Translations under genes and position numbers: made by a program | From: Dimorphilus gyrociliatus | Taxonomy: Eukaryota > Animalia > Annelida | NCBI GenBank assembly: GCA_904063045.1 | Contig: CAJFCJ010000002.1 | Coordinates: 2,006,422 to 2,070,421 of the forward strand | Direction of reading: 5' to 3' | DNA: 64,000 bases | Notes under the pieces: model-generated | Seen by the model: only the letters and a program-made list of their open reading frames with translations | Told to the model about the DNA's origin: nothing | Database searches by the model: none | Shown: one piece after another, positions 1 to 14,150 of the stretch | How the letters are laid out: each line of letters begins with the position of its first letter | Position numbering within the stretch: the first letter of the stretch is position 1

Positions 1-3000
1 ATCTTTCAACCTCAATCATGACATCTTCGAGTTCACCTTGGAGCCTGACCTTAGCTTTGTCCAAGCTGGAAACTTTAGCCTGAGCAGTCTCTAAAGCTTG
101 TTCAGCCTCATTCAATTTGGCATTAAGTTTTCTCTTCATATCTTCCATCTCCTCGCTTCTAACACCACCTTCACCGGATTCGCACTTCCTTCTCCATTCA
201 GCAACTTCATTCTGGGCCTTAGTAAGGTGTCTTTGTAAATCACTTCTACCTTCTTGTTCTTCTTCAAATTGTTCTCTGAGAGCGTCTAAGTCGGCTTGCA
301 AGTTTCTAACCTCACCCTGCAATTTAGACTTAATTCTAGATTCATCTTCGAGATTAGCTTTGGTTTCTTCTAAGGTCTTGCTGAGGGTGGCTTTGGCTCG
401 GGTCAATTGTTTTATCTGTGACAGGAGTGAAAAAATATTACTAAATCATTTATGTATTATGCTAATTCTTACTTGACTTTCAGCTTCTTCTAATTGTCTT
501 AATAGTTCAGAAGATTCACTTTGTACACGGCTTTGTTGAGAGCTCATTTCGCTAATTTTTCTATCAGATTCTTCTAATTTAGCGTTGACTTCTCCCATTT
601 GTCCTTCGAGTTGTTTGCCCAACTTCTCGGCGGCTGTCTTGCTCTTGCTGACATGTTCTAATTGAGATTGTAGGTCTTCACATTCGGAACGGAACTTATT
701 TCTATCTTTCTCCATATTGGATTTAACCTTGGAAAGTTGATCTAATTGTTCAGTCAATTCATTAACGGCATCTTGTTGTTTCCTTCTAAGCTGAGCGGCG
801 GTTTGCTCGTGTTGGATCTGTTGTTCTTCTAGATCTCTTCTTAACTTTTGCAATTCCATCTCTCTCTTTTTATTAAGGTCTACTTGGGCCTGAGTTGCAC
901 CTCCAGCTTCATCCAAACGTTCAGACAATTCATCTAATTCCCTAGATAATTCGGCCCTCTGTTTTTCAACCTTGGACCTGGCAGCTCTCTCGGCTTCCAA
1001 CTCCTCTTCGAGTTCTTCAATTCTAGCTTGAAGAGCTTTGATTTTCTTTTGGAGTTGGGCAACAAGAGATTGCTCATCTTCTAACCTTGAGTTAAGGTTG
1101 GAGATCTCGCTATCCTTCTTTTTGATGTTTTCTTCTAAGGATCTCTTTACTCTGTCTAAGTCATCGACAGTTTCTTGGGTTTGTTTCAATTCGCCCTCTA
1201 GTTTTCTCTTAACCTTATCAACATCGGCTCTCATCTTCTTTTCTCGTTCTAGATTATCCTCGAGCTCATCAACTTGGTGCTCGAGCTTTTGTTTGAGCTT
1301 ATTCAGGTGGTTACATTTGTCTTCCTCCGCTGCTAGATCATCCTGAGTTTTCTTGAGGTTCTCATCTAGGTTCTTCTTCTCTTTATTCAGTTTAGCGATT
1401 TGCTCATCTTGAAGAGCCATCTCGTCATTCAAAGTTTTGATCTGATTATCCTTAGTTTGCTTATCTTGTTCGGCCTTTTGAAGATTCAATTCCAAATCTT
1501 CAACATCCTTTTTAAGATTTTCACACTCTTGCTCCATCTTTCTCTTTGTTTCTTCAAGAGCTTCGGCACCATCTTCCTCCTCTTGCAATCTTTCTTCCAT
1601 TTCTTTCAATTGGGACTCATGATCAGCCTTTTGGGTGATCAATTTTTGGATTGTCTCCTCTCTTTCTGTTAAAGTATCTTGCTCAGCTTGAAGTTGAAGG
1701 AAGAGATCATTCTTAGCTTGAAGTAGAGTTACGTTCTGTTCTTCCAACTCCTTCTTATGTTTTTCTAATTTCTCCAACAGCTCCTTAGCCTTTTCTAATT
1801 CTTCTTCCTTCTTCTTCATGTCATCTTCCTGTCTAGCAATAGACAACAAAGGCTTGACTCTTGTGTACAACTTCCACCATTGCCAATTTCTTAGAGTCAA
1901 CCACTTTCTGATGTTTCTCTGAATAACAGACAATCCAACACGTTGATCTTGGAGTTTCTTGTAATTCTTTCTCATCATATAACCACGGATGTGGGCTTGG
2001 AAGAGAGACAAGATCTTCGACAATTTATCGTCTCTCATATCCTCAAGTTGACCGAGGATACCAGCCCTGAAGAAAACTTTGGTATGACCCAATCTATAAT
2101 CATTTTCGCCAAGTTGAATGGCTGCCAAGACTTTTTCAGTAACAACTTTGCCATCAACGAACCCTTGAGGGACAGCGTTGGGAGCAAGGATAGAATAACG
2201 TTGTTTAAATTCAGAATAGATCATTCTGTTAGGAAAGCCTTTTCGGCAGATTCTGATGCCTTCCAACACACCGTTACATTGCAGTTGGTGAAGGATAAGT
2301 CCAGCATCAACCTCTCCTATTATCATTGAAGAATATTTAAAATTTTTAATAAGTGAGTAATAAAAATAATTAGATTTTCAAATATACGATAGGTGGAGTG
2401 TTATGTAAACGTGCTATGCGGTGCATATTTCCTTATATATACATCAGCTTAACAGCGCCACCTATGTATTTCAAAAAAGGATATGAACCTGGTTGTTTGT
2501 TTTCGTTCGGGATGATACAACGAACGAAATGAGGTTGTGTGCTCTTTAAGTTTGCCATCAATTTGTTCAAAGATTCCTGTAAAATAAGATCAGAGAATGA
2601 AATTCGATAAACTAACAAAATCTAGGGTAGTTATGTAAACTGACTCTGTGAACTGCAGAGATGGTTTGGTAAGCGCTACCCTTCTTCTTCTTCTTAGTAC
2701 CTCCTGCAGCATCGTCCTTTGGTTCAGCAAAGAAGAGTGATACTAAAGGTTCTTTAGATGCTTGCAACAATTGAACAACGGTGTCATTGATAGGATCCTT
2801 GTTCTTATCCAACCATCCAGCGATGTTGTATTGTACAGTTCCAGCATAATGGTACAATTCAAAGTGGGGCTCGTACTTAGCATTTTTGTTGGGTTTTGGT
2901 TTACCAAAGTTCTTAGATTTGCCCATATGATTTTCATACAATTTACCCAAGAAAGACTTGTCAGAAGCCTTGGGGAACATGCATTCTTCTTCCAAAATGG

Positions 3001-4077
3001 ACAAGATACCCATGGGTTTTTCAATCAAATCGATACATTGTTGCAAATCCATACCGAAATCGATAAATTCCCATTGGATACCTTCCTTCTTGTATTCTTC
3101 CTGTTCCAAAACGAACATGTGATGGTTGAAAAACTGTTGCAATCTTTCGTTGGTGTAGTTGATACACAATTGTTCAAATGTGTTATACTCGAAGATTTCA
3201 AAACCAGCAATATCGAGTACACCGATAAAGTATTGCCTCTTATTTTTGGTATCGAGAGTCTTGTTAACTCTAGCTACCAACCATTTAAACATACGATCGT
3301 ATAAGGCTTTAGCCAAAGCAGCAACAGCAAAGTTAACTTGGTTAAGATTTTGACCTTTGGTAACCATTTCGTTACCAACTTTAACCTTTGGCTTTAGCAA
3401 ACTCTTCAACAAATCACCAGCATTAACTCCGAGGAGGAAAGCAACTTTCTCAGCTTCACTGGTTCCATCAGCTTCGGCTTGTTCTTCACGAGGTCTCTGC
3501 TTGAATTTCATTTCACCGAACCACAAGATAGCACAAGTACACTTATACATTCCTATCAAATAATGAAAATACGTTAATTAGTATTATAGTCTATTAACGT
3601 AACTATAATTAAAATTTACCCATTTTTTCATCATCACTAAAGCCCAAAACCCCAAAACTCTCATCAGTAATCTTCATTTCCTCAACATCGTCCATATTAT
3701 CTACAGACAAGCATCCCTGGTTGATGTAATGGTACAAACCAGGATCCTGTGCAACAAGGAGTTTATCACATAACTCTTTAGAAAACTCGGATGTCAATTG
3801 ATAGTAGATGTGGTAGTTACGTTCCAAACCAGGTTGTTGGTAAGTTACTCTGGATTTCTCCAATAGATCTGTTTCATTAAAGAGACCATCAGTAAGCTTT
3901 TCTAAGATATAATAAATCAATGTGAAACAACACAGTTTGTTCAAATTAAGCAAACTTTTTTAACTGATGAACTTTACTCAAGTAACAAAAAACTGGATAA
4001 AACTGCTTTGTTTCTTTTTTTGTTCATAGCTATTATCAATTATGAATTATTTATATAGTACATAATTATTAATATAC

Positions 4078-4115
<38 letters not shown>

Positions 4116-5841
4116 CATGTACTGTATTTATAGTGCATTCTTGAAAATAAAACAAATCAGCTAAAAAGGAAATTGTAGGCAGCAGAAAGAGTAAAAGTTA
4201 TAAAAAAATAGGGTAAATTATAAATAACTAGGCGAACGTAGTACAAGCAACTTTTTTAACTTAGACAAAATTTATTCGCAGCGCTTATCGGCTCGCTAGC
4301 GCCACCTACCGTCTTCGGTGATCCCATGAGCCTTTTTTTGATATTAACTTTAATAACTTTTGTCATCTTCGCCTATCTATTGTGTACAGGGAAAGGGCTA
4401 AAGAGGGGTTTCTTCTTTTTTTACTGCAGCAGTATAGTTTAAAAAGTTCGGCATCTATAGGATACTGGGGGGATACGGTTCTTTCATTTAGGGAAAAAGG
4501 TGAAAAAAGGGAGAAAATTCTGAGGTTTCTTCTCAACTCACAAGTTTCAATATCCGCTCCAGCAATTTTTCCAGTTGTACCGAAATGGATTCTTACGAAT
4601 TTACCGAATCTTGAACTGTTGTTGTTACGTACAGTCTTGGCATTACCTGTTTGTATTTAAATAATAAACATAATAAGTAAATAATGAATAAATCATCAAA
4701 ATAAATGGATTAATAGAAGATATTGATTTAAAACTATATGCTAAAGTATATGTATAGATGTATGGGTAAAATAATCCAAAAATAATCTCAAGATAACTAG
4801 TCAGCGTACTTGACCTCAATAACGTTATGTTTACCTTTCTAAAAAAAGAATTCCCCCCCTATCGTTTATAGGTGGGGAAAGGAGGTATGCAAACGCCTGG
4901 GATATGTATTTCGGGTGTAAAATATGGGCTCCAGTTGTGTGCGATTACGTGTACGCTGGTAGGCTTTTTGTTAAATTTTTTTTTTGTTTGATCTGGTGAT
5001 AGAAGGGAGCGCATACCGTATGCTTCAAGTACAGGGTTAGCCTGTACGATTTGATCTTCTAGGGAAGCCTTCTTGCTTCCTTCTTCAGTCTTTGTGGACT
5101 GTCCAGCTGCAACAAGAGCAAAGTACGAAATAACTTTCTTGGTGTTTTCTGTCTTTCCGGCTCCAGATTCACCAGTGATCAACATAGATTGATTCTCTCT
5201 GTCCTATAAAAGCAATACAAAAGAAAAATTAATATATTTTATATCTCAAGAATAATGTTCCTTTTCATGGCTCAATCATTTTGAAAAGTTAACTTGCCTG
5301 AAGCATGTTATGGTAAGCGTTATCAGCGATGGAGAACAAATGAGGAGGCATTTCATTCCTTCTCTTTCCCTTGAATTTGTTTACAACTTGCATCGTATAA
5401 ATTGGCAATCTTCTGTATGGGTTGATGGCAACGCAGAACAAACCAGAATAGGTGTAAATTAGGCCAGATTGATATCTTGATTTCAAATTGTAAAGTACGC
5501 TGGCCTCGTTCAAATAAGTCATGTTAGCCATATCTTCGATTTTTTCGAATTTCGGAGGATTCATCTGTTGACATTGATCTTTCTTTACAGTTCTGGTTTC
5601 CATCTTTTCTGTCAAGACGGTGACGTCGTCTCCCTTTGTTGATTCGATATCGGCTCTGAGATAGCCATTTTTTCCGTCGGGTATCCATACGTTCTTCTTA
5701 CCTAAAGTTATTTGGAATTAAGTTGGCTAATTTAAATGAAAAAGTTACAAACTACAAACCGTCGTAAGGCAAAGCCTCTTCAAGAAGCTTCTTCTTGTCA
5801 ATAAAGAGAAAAGGATAATCAGGATCTTCAGGATTCGCCAT
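1..5841 (-). CDS. Mhc: Striated-muscle-type myosin II heavy chain, multi-exon, 3' part beyond the window edge
   Basis: ATG at 5841 ([13 protein letters not shown]). Spliced exons encode the SH3-like N-terminus (KKNVWIPD), P-loop [13 protein letters not shown], switch [10 protein letters not shown] (exon 4542-4646, not in the ORF track), switch II DIAGFE, relay [11 protein letters not shown]1/SH2 [20 protein letters not shown] motifs and heptad rod (446-2326, then 1-420). GT-AG junctions preserve the frame wherever I checked. Confidence 0.97.
4084..4113. repeat. (TA)n microsatellite in a myosin intron
   Basis: Direct dinucleotide run. Confidence 0.9.
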
Positions 5842-5878
5842 TTCGAAACGTTCAGCAACGAAAATTTCAAAGCCGGTC

Positions 5879-5888
5879 TTTTTATATA
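5879..5888 (-). promoter_or_regulatory. TATA box of the myosin gene
   Basis: Minus-strand TATATAAAAA about 40 nt upstream of the myosin ATG. Confidence 0.5.
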
Positions 5889-7070
5889 GAAAACGCCCCC
5901 TATGTACGGATAAGGAAACTGCATTGCAATTTGCTGAGCAAGGCTATTTTCGGACTGCAATTCTCTACTCCACACTTGCAGAGAGGCTGAAAAAAGACTG
6001 CAAAACAACACATGGCACGTGCCTGTGCAAAAATATCTTCTTTTTTCAAACACTAGCCATTCGTATAACCGCGTAAACTATGGAAGTTTGTTTATAATTG
6101 AAACTATCACTAATTAAATATAATCATAATTTAGAGAGAAATGAAACAATAAAAATTTTCAGATGTTTAAAAATAACTATTATAGAAAGTTAAATATTTA
6201 TATAACTAGATTAAATAAAATCTTCCTTGGTCCCGCCGAATCCAATCTCTCCTCCTAAGATTTATTGGAAATTTTTATTACAGTAATTAATTGTGTTGCG
6301 TTACTCTTTTATAAACTTTTTATTAGTATCATTCAACTCCTTCTATTTCATTTCATACACAGTTATTATTATTTTCGGCATTCGCTATAATTTCTACTCT
6401 CATATGAATGCCAACTATTTAGCTAAAAGAGACCTATACCTGTTTATACATAGCTATCTGTATCTAGGCCATATAAAACCACTATCTGTAGGTGGTTCTC
6501 AAAATAATTTTCTATATAAGTTGAGTTAATATGTAATTTCTAGACAAAATACGAAAATATCTACTTAGTTTGCTAAAAACAATACTCTTGAAGGTCCTTA
6601 ATATCATAATTGTTATTGTTAGGAAAGTGCAATTTTTCCTATCCTTTCCTTTCCAATTTCGAAAATTTTCCCTGCAAAAAAAACGTTAACTTGCATTTGA
6701 AATATTGTTTTAGAGATTTCCTTGATTTGGTTCTAATAATCACAGAAGCCAACAGGCCTATAAATATTGATAAAAAGTTATCAAAAGAGTTAAAAGGTCA
6801 AAAATTGATACTATAACAGTAATTCAACAGCTATTTATTAAACTTAAATAAAGACAAAAGTTTAAAAGTGAAGGAAATAAATAATTGAAAGACAGTGAAA
6901 TTGATTAACAATTAGCAATTATTTAACTGTATTCATTAGTGTAGTTCAGTTAAGGACAAATATTACTATACAATTATTTTAGTATAGATATTTCTTCAAC
7001 AAAATTTTGTGAACAACATTAAGAAAAGCAATAGACCAAGATTGAAACACCTAATTTACCTAGATCACCT

Positions 7071-8049
7071 TCAAAGTTCAATTTTTGGTTCAGCCTGCGA
7101 TGGAGAATCACCTTCTGACATGGTATTCGTTTCATCTACTGCCATAGGTGGTTCTTCAACATCGCCTTCTCCACCTTCCTCACCACCTTCCTCATCAGCT
7201 TCTTCATCGCCTTCTTGTTCAGCGGGTTCCTCGCTTGCCCTCAACTTTTCTTCCTCTTCCTGTCTTTTTTTCTCTTCTTCTTCTCTTTTTAATCTTTCCT
7301 CTTTAGCAGTTAAAGCTTCCTGCATAGCTACGGCATTTGCCATAGCAAATTTAGTTGGAGCATGAGAATCACAGGTTCCTATTAAATGATAAAATAGTGT
7401 AAAATTTCACCAAATTTATTGTTGAGTTTATATATCATACCTGTTTCTTTTACGCAAAATTCAACCATAACATCCTTATTGGGATCTTTGAATAATTTTA
7501 TCATATCATCTTCATCGTGCTCTTCTAAGAAATATTCACAGGCGCTTTTCATAGACTCTTCTGATTGTGTGTAGCTTTCTGCAGGAACCTCATCTCCAAG
7601 AAAAGTTTTTGTACGAATAAATGTGTCGGTATCATCATCTTTCGAGCTTGGTTTATAGTCCGATAGCTTACTGCATACAGATTCAAATACATCAGTTAAA
7701 TGAACATCCGATCGGGCAAAGGAAACCTATTCATAAGTTTGAAAATATAAATTTAGTGTATGATTTTATTAACTAGTAAAGTTACTTCTTGTAAATTTTG
7801 ATTTCCTTTTGAGTCAATTCTAAAACTTCCGATTTGAAGTTTTTCCTTAGGGTTTGCTTGCGAAATATCATGATTAACTTCATTGACAATGGCTAGACAA
7901 GCTGTTGCCGATCAAAATTAAGTACTTTATTGTATAACTTTTAAAAACTAACCTCCACACAGTGCCGATTTGCTCACTGCTCCATGTATAATCTTAATTA
8001 AACCACAGTTAACTAGTAGTATAACTTTGAAAAGATTTGAAACTTTCAT
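7071..8049 (-). CDS. CNPY2: Canopy (saposin-like, ER) protein, CNPY1/2 type, four exons, acidic C-terminal extension
   Basis: Signal-peptide-like start MKVSNLFKVILLVNCG; spliced LCGACLAIVNEVNHDISQANPKEKLQIGSFRIDSKGNQ...FARSDVHLTDVFESVC matches the Canopy core; ends in KDEL-like KIEL. Confidence 0.85.
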
Positions 8050-8556
8050 GATATAATAAATGCCAACAAATTCAAAAAAGAAAATGGAAAATTGATTTTG
8101 TTTAGGTAAAAATTTCAACAGTATTTTACAAACAAATCAAAAAATAAGGCGAACCGGAAATGAACTGTCATCTCGTTTGAGCAAAAGATTCCGAACGGGA
8201 TTTGTAAGTAGTTGATTTTGAAATAGTAGCCCGATTAAAGTAATGTCACGTGACCAAAATTGCTGGAAATTCGTGGCAATTTTACAAATGCAAATTAGAA
8301 ACAAGAGACGATTCTATAGTTCATTATTATCTGTAAATATTGAAGCGTTTAAAATGTCGTATTCTAACCTGTATATGACATAAAAGAAAGCCGTAATGTA
8401 TATTTCTCTGAAAAACAAAAGTCTCAAGTTGTTTGTACGCTAGATGGAAATATATAACTTGTTCTTGTTTGTAAGGAAATCAATCGCATATATTTGGATA
8501 GAATAATTATGCAAAGTACGTAATAACATATCTATAAGCTGATCTCTTCATTTGAT

Positions 8557-9867
<1,311 letters not shown>

Positions 9868-10635
9868 TTCAAATTTTTCAAGGCAGTGGCTACCAAATTT
9901 TGGTGAAAAAAGTGACTAAGCTTAAAAAAACTCAACAGACACGGTCACGGTCAAGGTTTTTGATTTTACTCAAATTAACTAAACACACCAACGCCATCTA
10001 ATTAATTAAAATGTTTTTTAAATATACAGTATATCAAAAAACAACTTATGCATTTATTGACTGCAGTTCGTTATTTTGTCAAATAATAACCGAACAAGCT
10101 TTACTTTCCATGTTTATTTAGATTTATAATACAGTTCATATTAAACTTCTTTTAAGAAAGCTTTGCTTTATCTAAATATCAGATGTCTTTTAGAAAAAAG
10201 AAGCAAACAACCTGTAAATATAACAATAAACTTTTATAAAATAATTCTGTAGCTACCAAATATAAAGCTTGTTTATAAAATCTGAAAATGATAAAAATAT
10301 TGTAAAAGGTAATAAAAATTAAATAAACAACGTACATTTAATATAATATTTAATATTAAGATTGTTTAGGAAGTATTTTTAAGTATAAATAATAAGGGGA
10401 AATAATTTACATTATTCCCTATTTGCCTTTGTTATCTCCTCTTTTGTGTACTCTTAAAAATATGATACAAAATCTTTTGTACAGTATATGGAAATATTAA
10501 CCATCTTGAGCTGTAAATATAATGTCTTTGTATCCGAGATGAACGAAGTTTTTACTTTTGTACTTAAGTATCAATCGAGCAAAATTTCTACCGAGAAGTG
10601 AAAATATCAGTATAGGTCTATTTTTAGCATATATT

Positions 10636-12363
10636 CTATTGTTTTATAAATTTAGCAATAAAAAAGCCTAATTGATTGTTCAACGGATTAAATCGTTGTA
10701 ACAACAGTCTATCTTCTTCTGATAACTTCTCAACTTCAATACCTCTATCGCCTAAATAGAATGGCTGTTCAATTAATTTTAAACTTGGATATTTTTCCAA
10801 AATCCATCCAACTTGATTTTCATTTTCTGATACAATAATGGTACAAGTGCTGTACACAAGTATTCCTCCTTTTTTTAACAGTTTTTCAGCCTGTAAATTA
10901 CCACAACTTAATATTCATTACTTAACGAAGAAAGAATGTACTACCACTGGAATTAATTTACGTTGATAAATAGCATGAGACTTGAGAGACTTAACGTTCG
11001 AATCACAATTTAGTAGAGGTCTCTGACCCAACGCACTACAAGGGGCATCCAATAAGATTTTATCGAAGGTTTCTGGCTCAAAAGGAGGTTCAAGCATATC
11101 ATTTTCACCTGGAAAAATTATGAAAATATATTAGGATATAAGCTATTAATTACAGAATTACAAAATTTACATTGATCTTTACATAATTTGCAACTATCGT
11201 ATTTGTAAACTTTTATATTGTCTAAACCCAAAGAGATGATGTTCTTGCGGGTTTTTTCCACTTTTGGTGTATTTTTATCTATTGCGATCACCTGACCCTA
11301 AAAAATCGGAAAGATTTACGTATTAAAATCTTGTTCATTTGCTAGTGACTACCTTTTGACGCATCAAAGTTGCAATATGAGTTGTCTTGCCTCCAGGAGC
11401 TGCACACATATCCAGAACAAGATCATCTTGTTGAGGATCTAATGCGTAAGAGCAAATAATTGAAGGAATATTTTGAGGAAATAGTATATCTGGGAGGACA
11501 TTATTCAAACTTGGTAATGCGTATATAGGCTCTGTCATACTAACACCAACCCCTCTGAAAATTATAGATTTTATGTTCAAATGAAAGCGTAAGCTTTATT
11601 ATTATTTAATTAACACACTGTATAGCTCTCCCGCTGAAGAAGTCGTCTCTATCAAATTGACTAACGCCATTCCCTAGGAATAGTTTCTTTCCTTGATAAC
11701 TCTTAAGGAAACCTTTAAGACATTTTCCTTCAAGATCAGCCCAAACTGAAACTAGATCGTTTTTCTTAATTCCTTTTCGAAAGCAAAAAAAACAAAAAAG
11801 TACTTGTAATGCTATTATTTTAGAGTTTAAGAAAATGTAACCTGGATGGCACCCGAGGACTCCCTGAGCGTAAACATCTGCACCTTTCATTACCGATGAC
11901 CCGCATCGAATATCAACAATTATTTCTTCTTCGTAACTTTGCCTATCAAAGGGACCTTCTCCATTTATACAAATAGTATCTTTAAGTATAGAATGTTGGT
12001 ATGGAACAAAATTTGTTCTTTTCTGGGCATTTTGCTATTAAGAATATAACTTTAGAATTTAGACCAATTAACATTTAATGTAAACCTTTTTCAAAATTTC
12101 TTCTAATAAGACTACAGCCTCTTCAGTTGAAATTTTTAAAGTGTTCACTCTTAGAGAAGTTAGGAGATATGGTCTTGATAGTTGATCCAAAAGACTATCT
12201 AATTCAACTTTGTAACTCTCTTCTTCAGCATTTTTAACAATCTTTAGAAAATAGATTTTAAAAATTAGTATCTCTACAATGACATTATTCGGTGAGAGGA
12301 AAAATTATTTACTTGCGAAAGATACTCATTATGTATAAAGGATTTAAATTCATTAGAAAACAT
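10636..12363 (-). CDS. NSUN6: tRNA m5C72 methyltransferase NSUN6-like (PUA domain plus RsmB/NOP2 methyltransferase domain), multi-exon
   Basis: CGSSVMKGADVYAQGVLG (PUA), PQNIPSIICSYALDP, VLDMCAAPGGKTTHIA, LLDAPCSALGQRP, VYSTCTI...ENE, GFFIAKFIK; ATG at 12363. Confidence 0.92.
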
Positions 12364-12932
12364 GATTGAAGATGCTACAGTACATATTATCGCTCACATG
12401 TGAGTTTAGAATTTGTTGGACAGTGTCCAATTTCCGCGGTAAATTTTTAAGAAAGCCTTCTATAAAACTTCTACTAGATATCCCACTGTGATCTACGTAG
12501 AATAACTTTGCACATTTCGTCTGTAACAAAGAGGAAGTTATTACGATATATCGTGTGTTTTTTTTATTTCGTTTTAAACATAAACGATGAGTAATAATCG
12601 TATATTCTATACCATAACAACTATACACATAATAAACAAAATAAAGTGTATAAACAATAGAATTACTCTGTAAAAAAACAAACAAGCAAACTTCAACTTC
12701 GTGCAAGAGATTTCTAACTATTCAATAATATAATAATGATAAAGTAAAAAATTTTTGTATGTTCGTTTAACAGTTCGTGACTTTCCTAAAACAGGAAGAA
12801 GATTAAAGGCCTATAGTCTTAAAAACTAGCTGACGTAGCTTTAATTTTCCATAGGCAGTTCTTGTAGAGTTTGAGAAACTGTTTAAAATATTTAAATTAG
12901 TTCATAACTTATGAATGATAATTATATCTTTT

Positions 12933-14150
12933 TTACTTACGATCTTTAAAAATTGCCAGTTTGAGAAGTTCACAAGAACTTAGCCGTCTCAATGGATCAA
13001 TTGATAAAGTAGCCAAAATAAAATCAAGTTCGTAGTTTTTCATATCTGCTAAAGATGATGAATATTTCATTAATTGCAGTTGTTCGTGTTCTCCCAATCT
13101 CATTTTAATTAGATCTTCGTGCATTTCATTATTTCCTACAATTTTTGAGAGCCGTCCTAATTGATAGAGGAATTGTAAGGGTTCCGTATATTCCTCTACA
13201 TGTAAATAGATGTATATAGATTTCGTTTTGGCAGTCAAGTATGATATGCCTAAAGACCAAATGTCATTTTTATAATCATAGGAACTCCTTGTGATTTTCT
13301 CGGGACTCCAAGATAGAAGGTTACCTCTGAATTTGCAAATGTCGTCTTGGAATCTTGAACAATTAAAATCTATAAGTTTCGCCTGAAGTTTTCCCTTAAC
13401 ATTCGCCACTAAAATATTTTCCAGTTTAATATCCTCGTGCTGTATCCCTTTACTATGCATAATGCATAGACATTCTGTTATGTCTTTAAAGATTGTCCTT
13501 AGTTCGTAAGTTGTTGGATTATAATCATGAACAAATGATCGAAGATCAACACAAAATGTTTGACCTTCGAACTGTTCCATAAAAACAGCGACTGTCGATG
13601 AGAAATAACAGAATGCATAGAAGGAAAGAAAATTATCGTACGACCCCAAAATTGATAAGACTTTTATTTCAGTCAAAACCATATCTAAATAGGTTTCTGT
13701 CACTTTATATTCTTTCAGAACAAATTTTTTCTTTGATTTTTTATCCTTTGCAAGAAGAACCCTTGCAAAAGCTCCTTCAGCAATGAATTGCGTCTTTTCA
13801 AAGCTAACGTTTTCATTATAATGACCGTTTTCTGGTACAAGAGGGTTCGACGGATTGCTTAAAAGAATCATAGTTCCAGGTTTATCCTTTTTTTGTAAAT
13901 CTATCCAATTTAAATTGCATATGTCAGTAAATCCTGTCTTTTCAAGAGAAGTAACCTTAAGGTCGCTAAAACTTAAGGACACTGTCCCAGTTCGAATATC
14001 GGTTGCGACATGTTTTTTAATATCCTTTCCTTGTTCGTTAATAGGAGCAGATAAGGGATGGCATGAAAGAACGCATTCTTCAGTAGGAGTTTCTAAACCT
14101 TGATTCTCGTTCTCCTCCTCAAAAGTCAAAGAATTTTCTGGAGTAGGCAT
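12933..14150 (-). CDS. Intronless Ser/Thr kinase, MAP3K8 (COT/Tpl2)-like, non-RD, DFN instead of DFG
   Basis: 405-aa ORF: ILLSNPSNPLVPENGHY...FIAEGAFARVLLAKDKKSKKKFVLK resembles the COT N-lobe; HEDIKLEN; DFN; WSPEK; DIWSLG. Confidence 0.8.
   Translation of the reverse strand: MPTPENSLTFEEENENQGLETPTEECVLSCHPLSAPINEQGKDIKKHVATDIRTGTVSLSFSDLKVTSLEKTGFTDICNLNWIDLQKKDKPGTMILLSNPSNPLVPENGHYNENVSFEKTQFIAEGAFARVLLAKDKKSKKKFVLKEYKVTETYLDMVLTEIKVLSILGSYDNFLSFYAFCYFSSTVAVFMEQFEGQTFCVDLRSFVHDYNPTTYELRTIFKDITECLCIMHSKGIQHEDIKLENILVANVKGKLQAKLIDFNCSRFQDDICKFRGNLLSWSPEKITRSSYDYKNDIWSLGISYLTAKTKSIYIYLHVEEYTEPLQFLYQLGRLSKIVGNNEMHEDLIKMRLGEHEQLQLMKYSSSLADMKNYELDFILATLSIDPLRRLSSCELLKLAIFKDRK

Noticed and set aside
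4256-4275. Minus-strand AATTTTGTCTAAG resembling a U7 snRNA Sm site
   Set aside because: No 3' stem-loop follows and no histone-downstream-element complement precedes it.
117-4660. Plus-strand ORFs over myosin (117-476, 1038-1346, 1400-1672, 1943-2329, 2762-3304, 3159-3353, 3357-3563, 4382-4660)
   Set aside because: Antisense shadows of a codon-biased coiled-coil gene; Ser/Leu/Phe-rich, no independent signals.
5745-6053. 102-aa ORF over the myosin promoter
   Set aside because: Different frame from the true first exon, spans TATA and intron; no recognisable product.
7835-7850. Apparent frameshift in Canopy exon 2
   Set aside because: Recounting the T-run (five) gives an intact frame KEKLQIGSF.
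12353-12706. 117-aa ORF upstream of NSUN6
   Set aside because: Low-complexity AT-rich composition, overlaps the NSUN6 start and promoter in another frame, no motifs.
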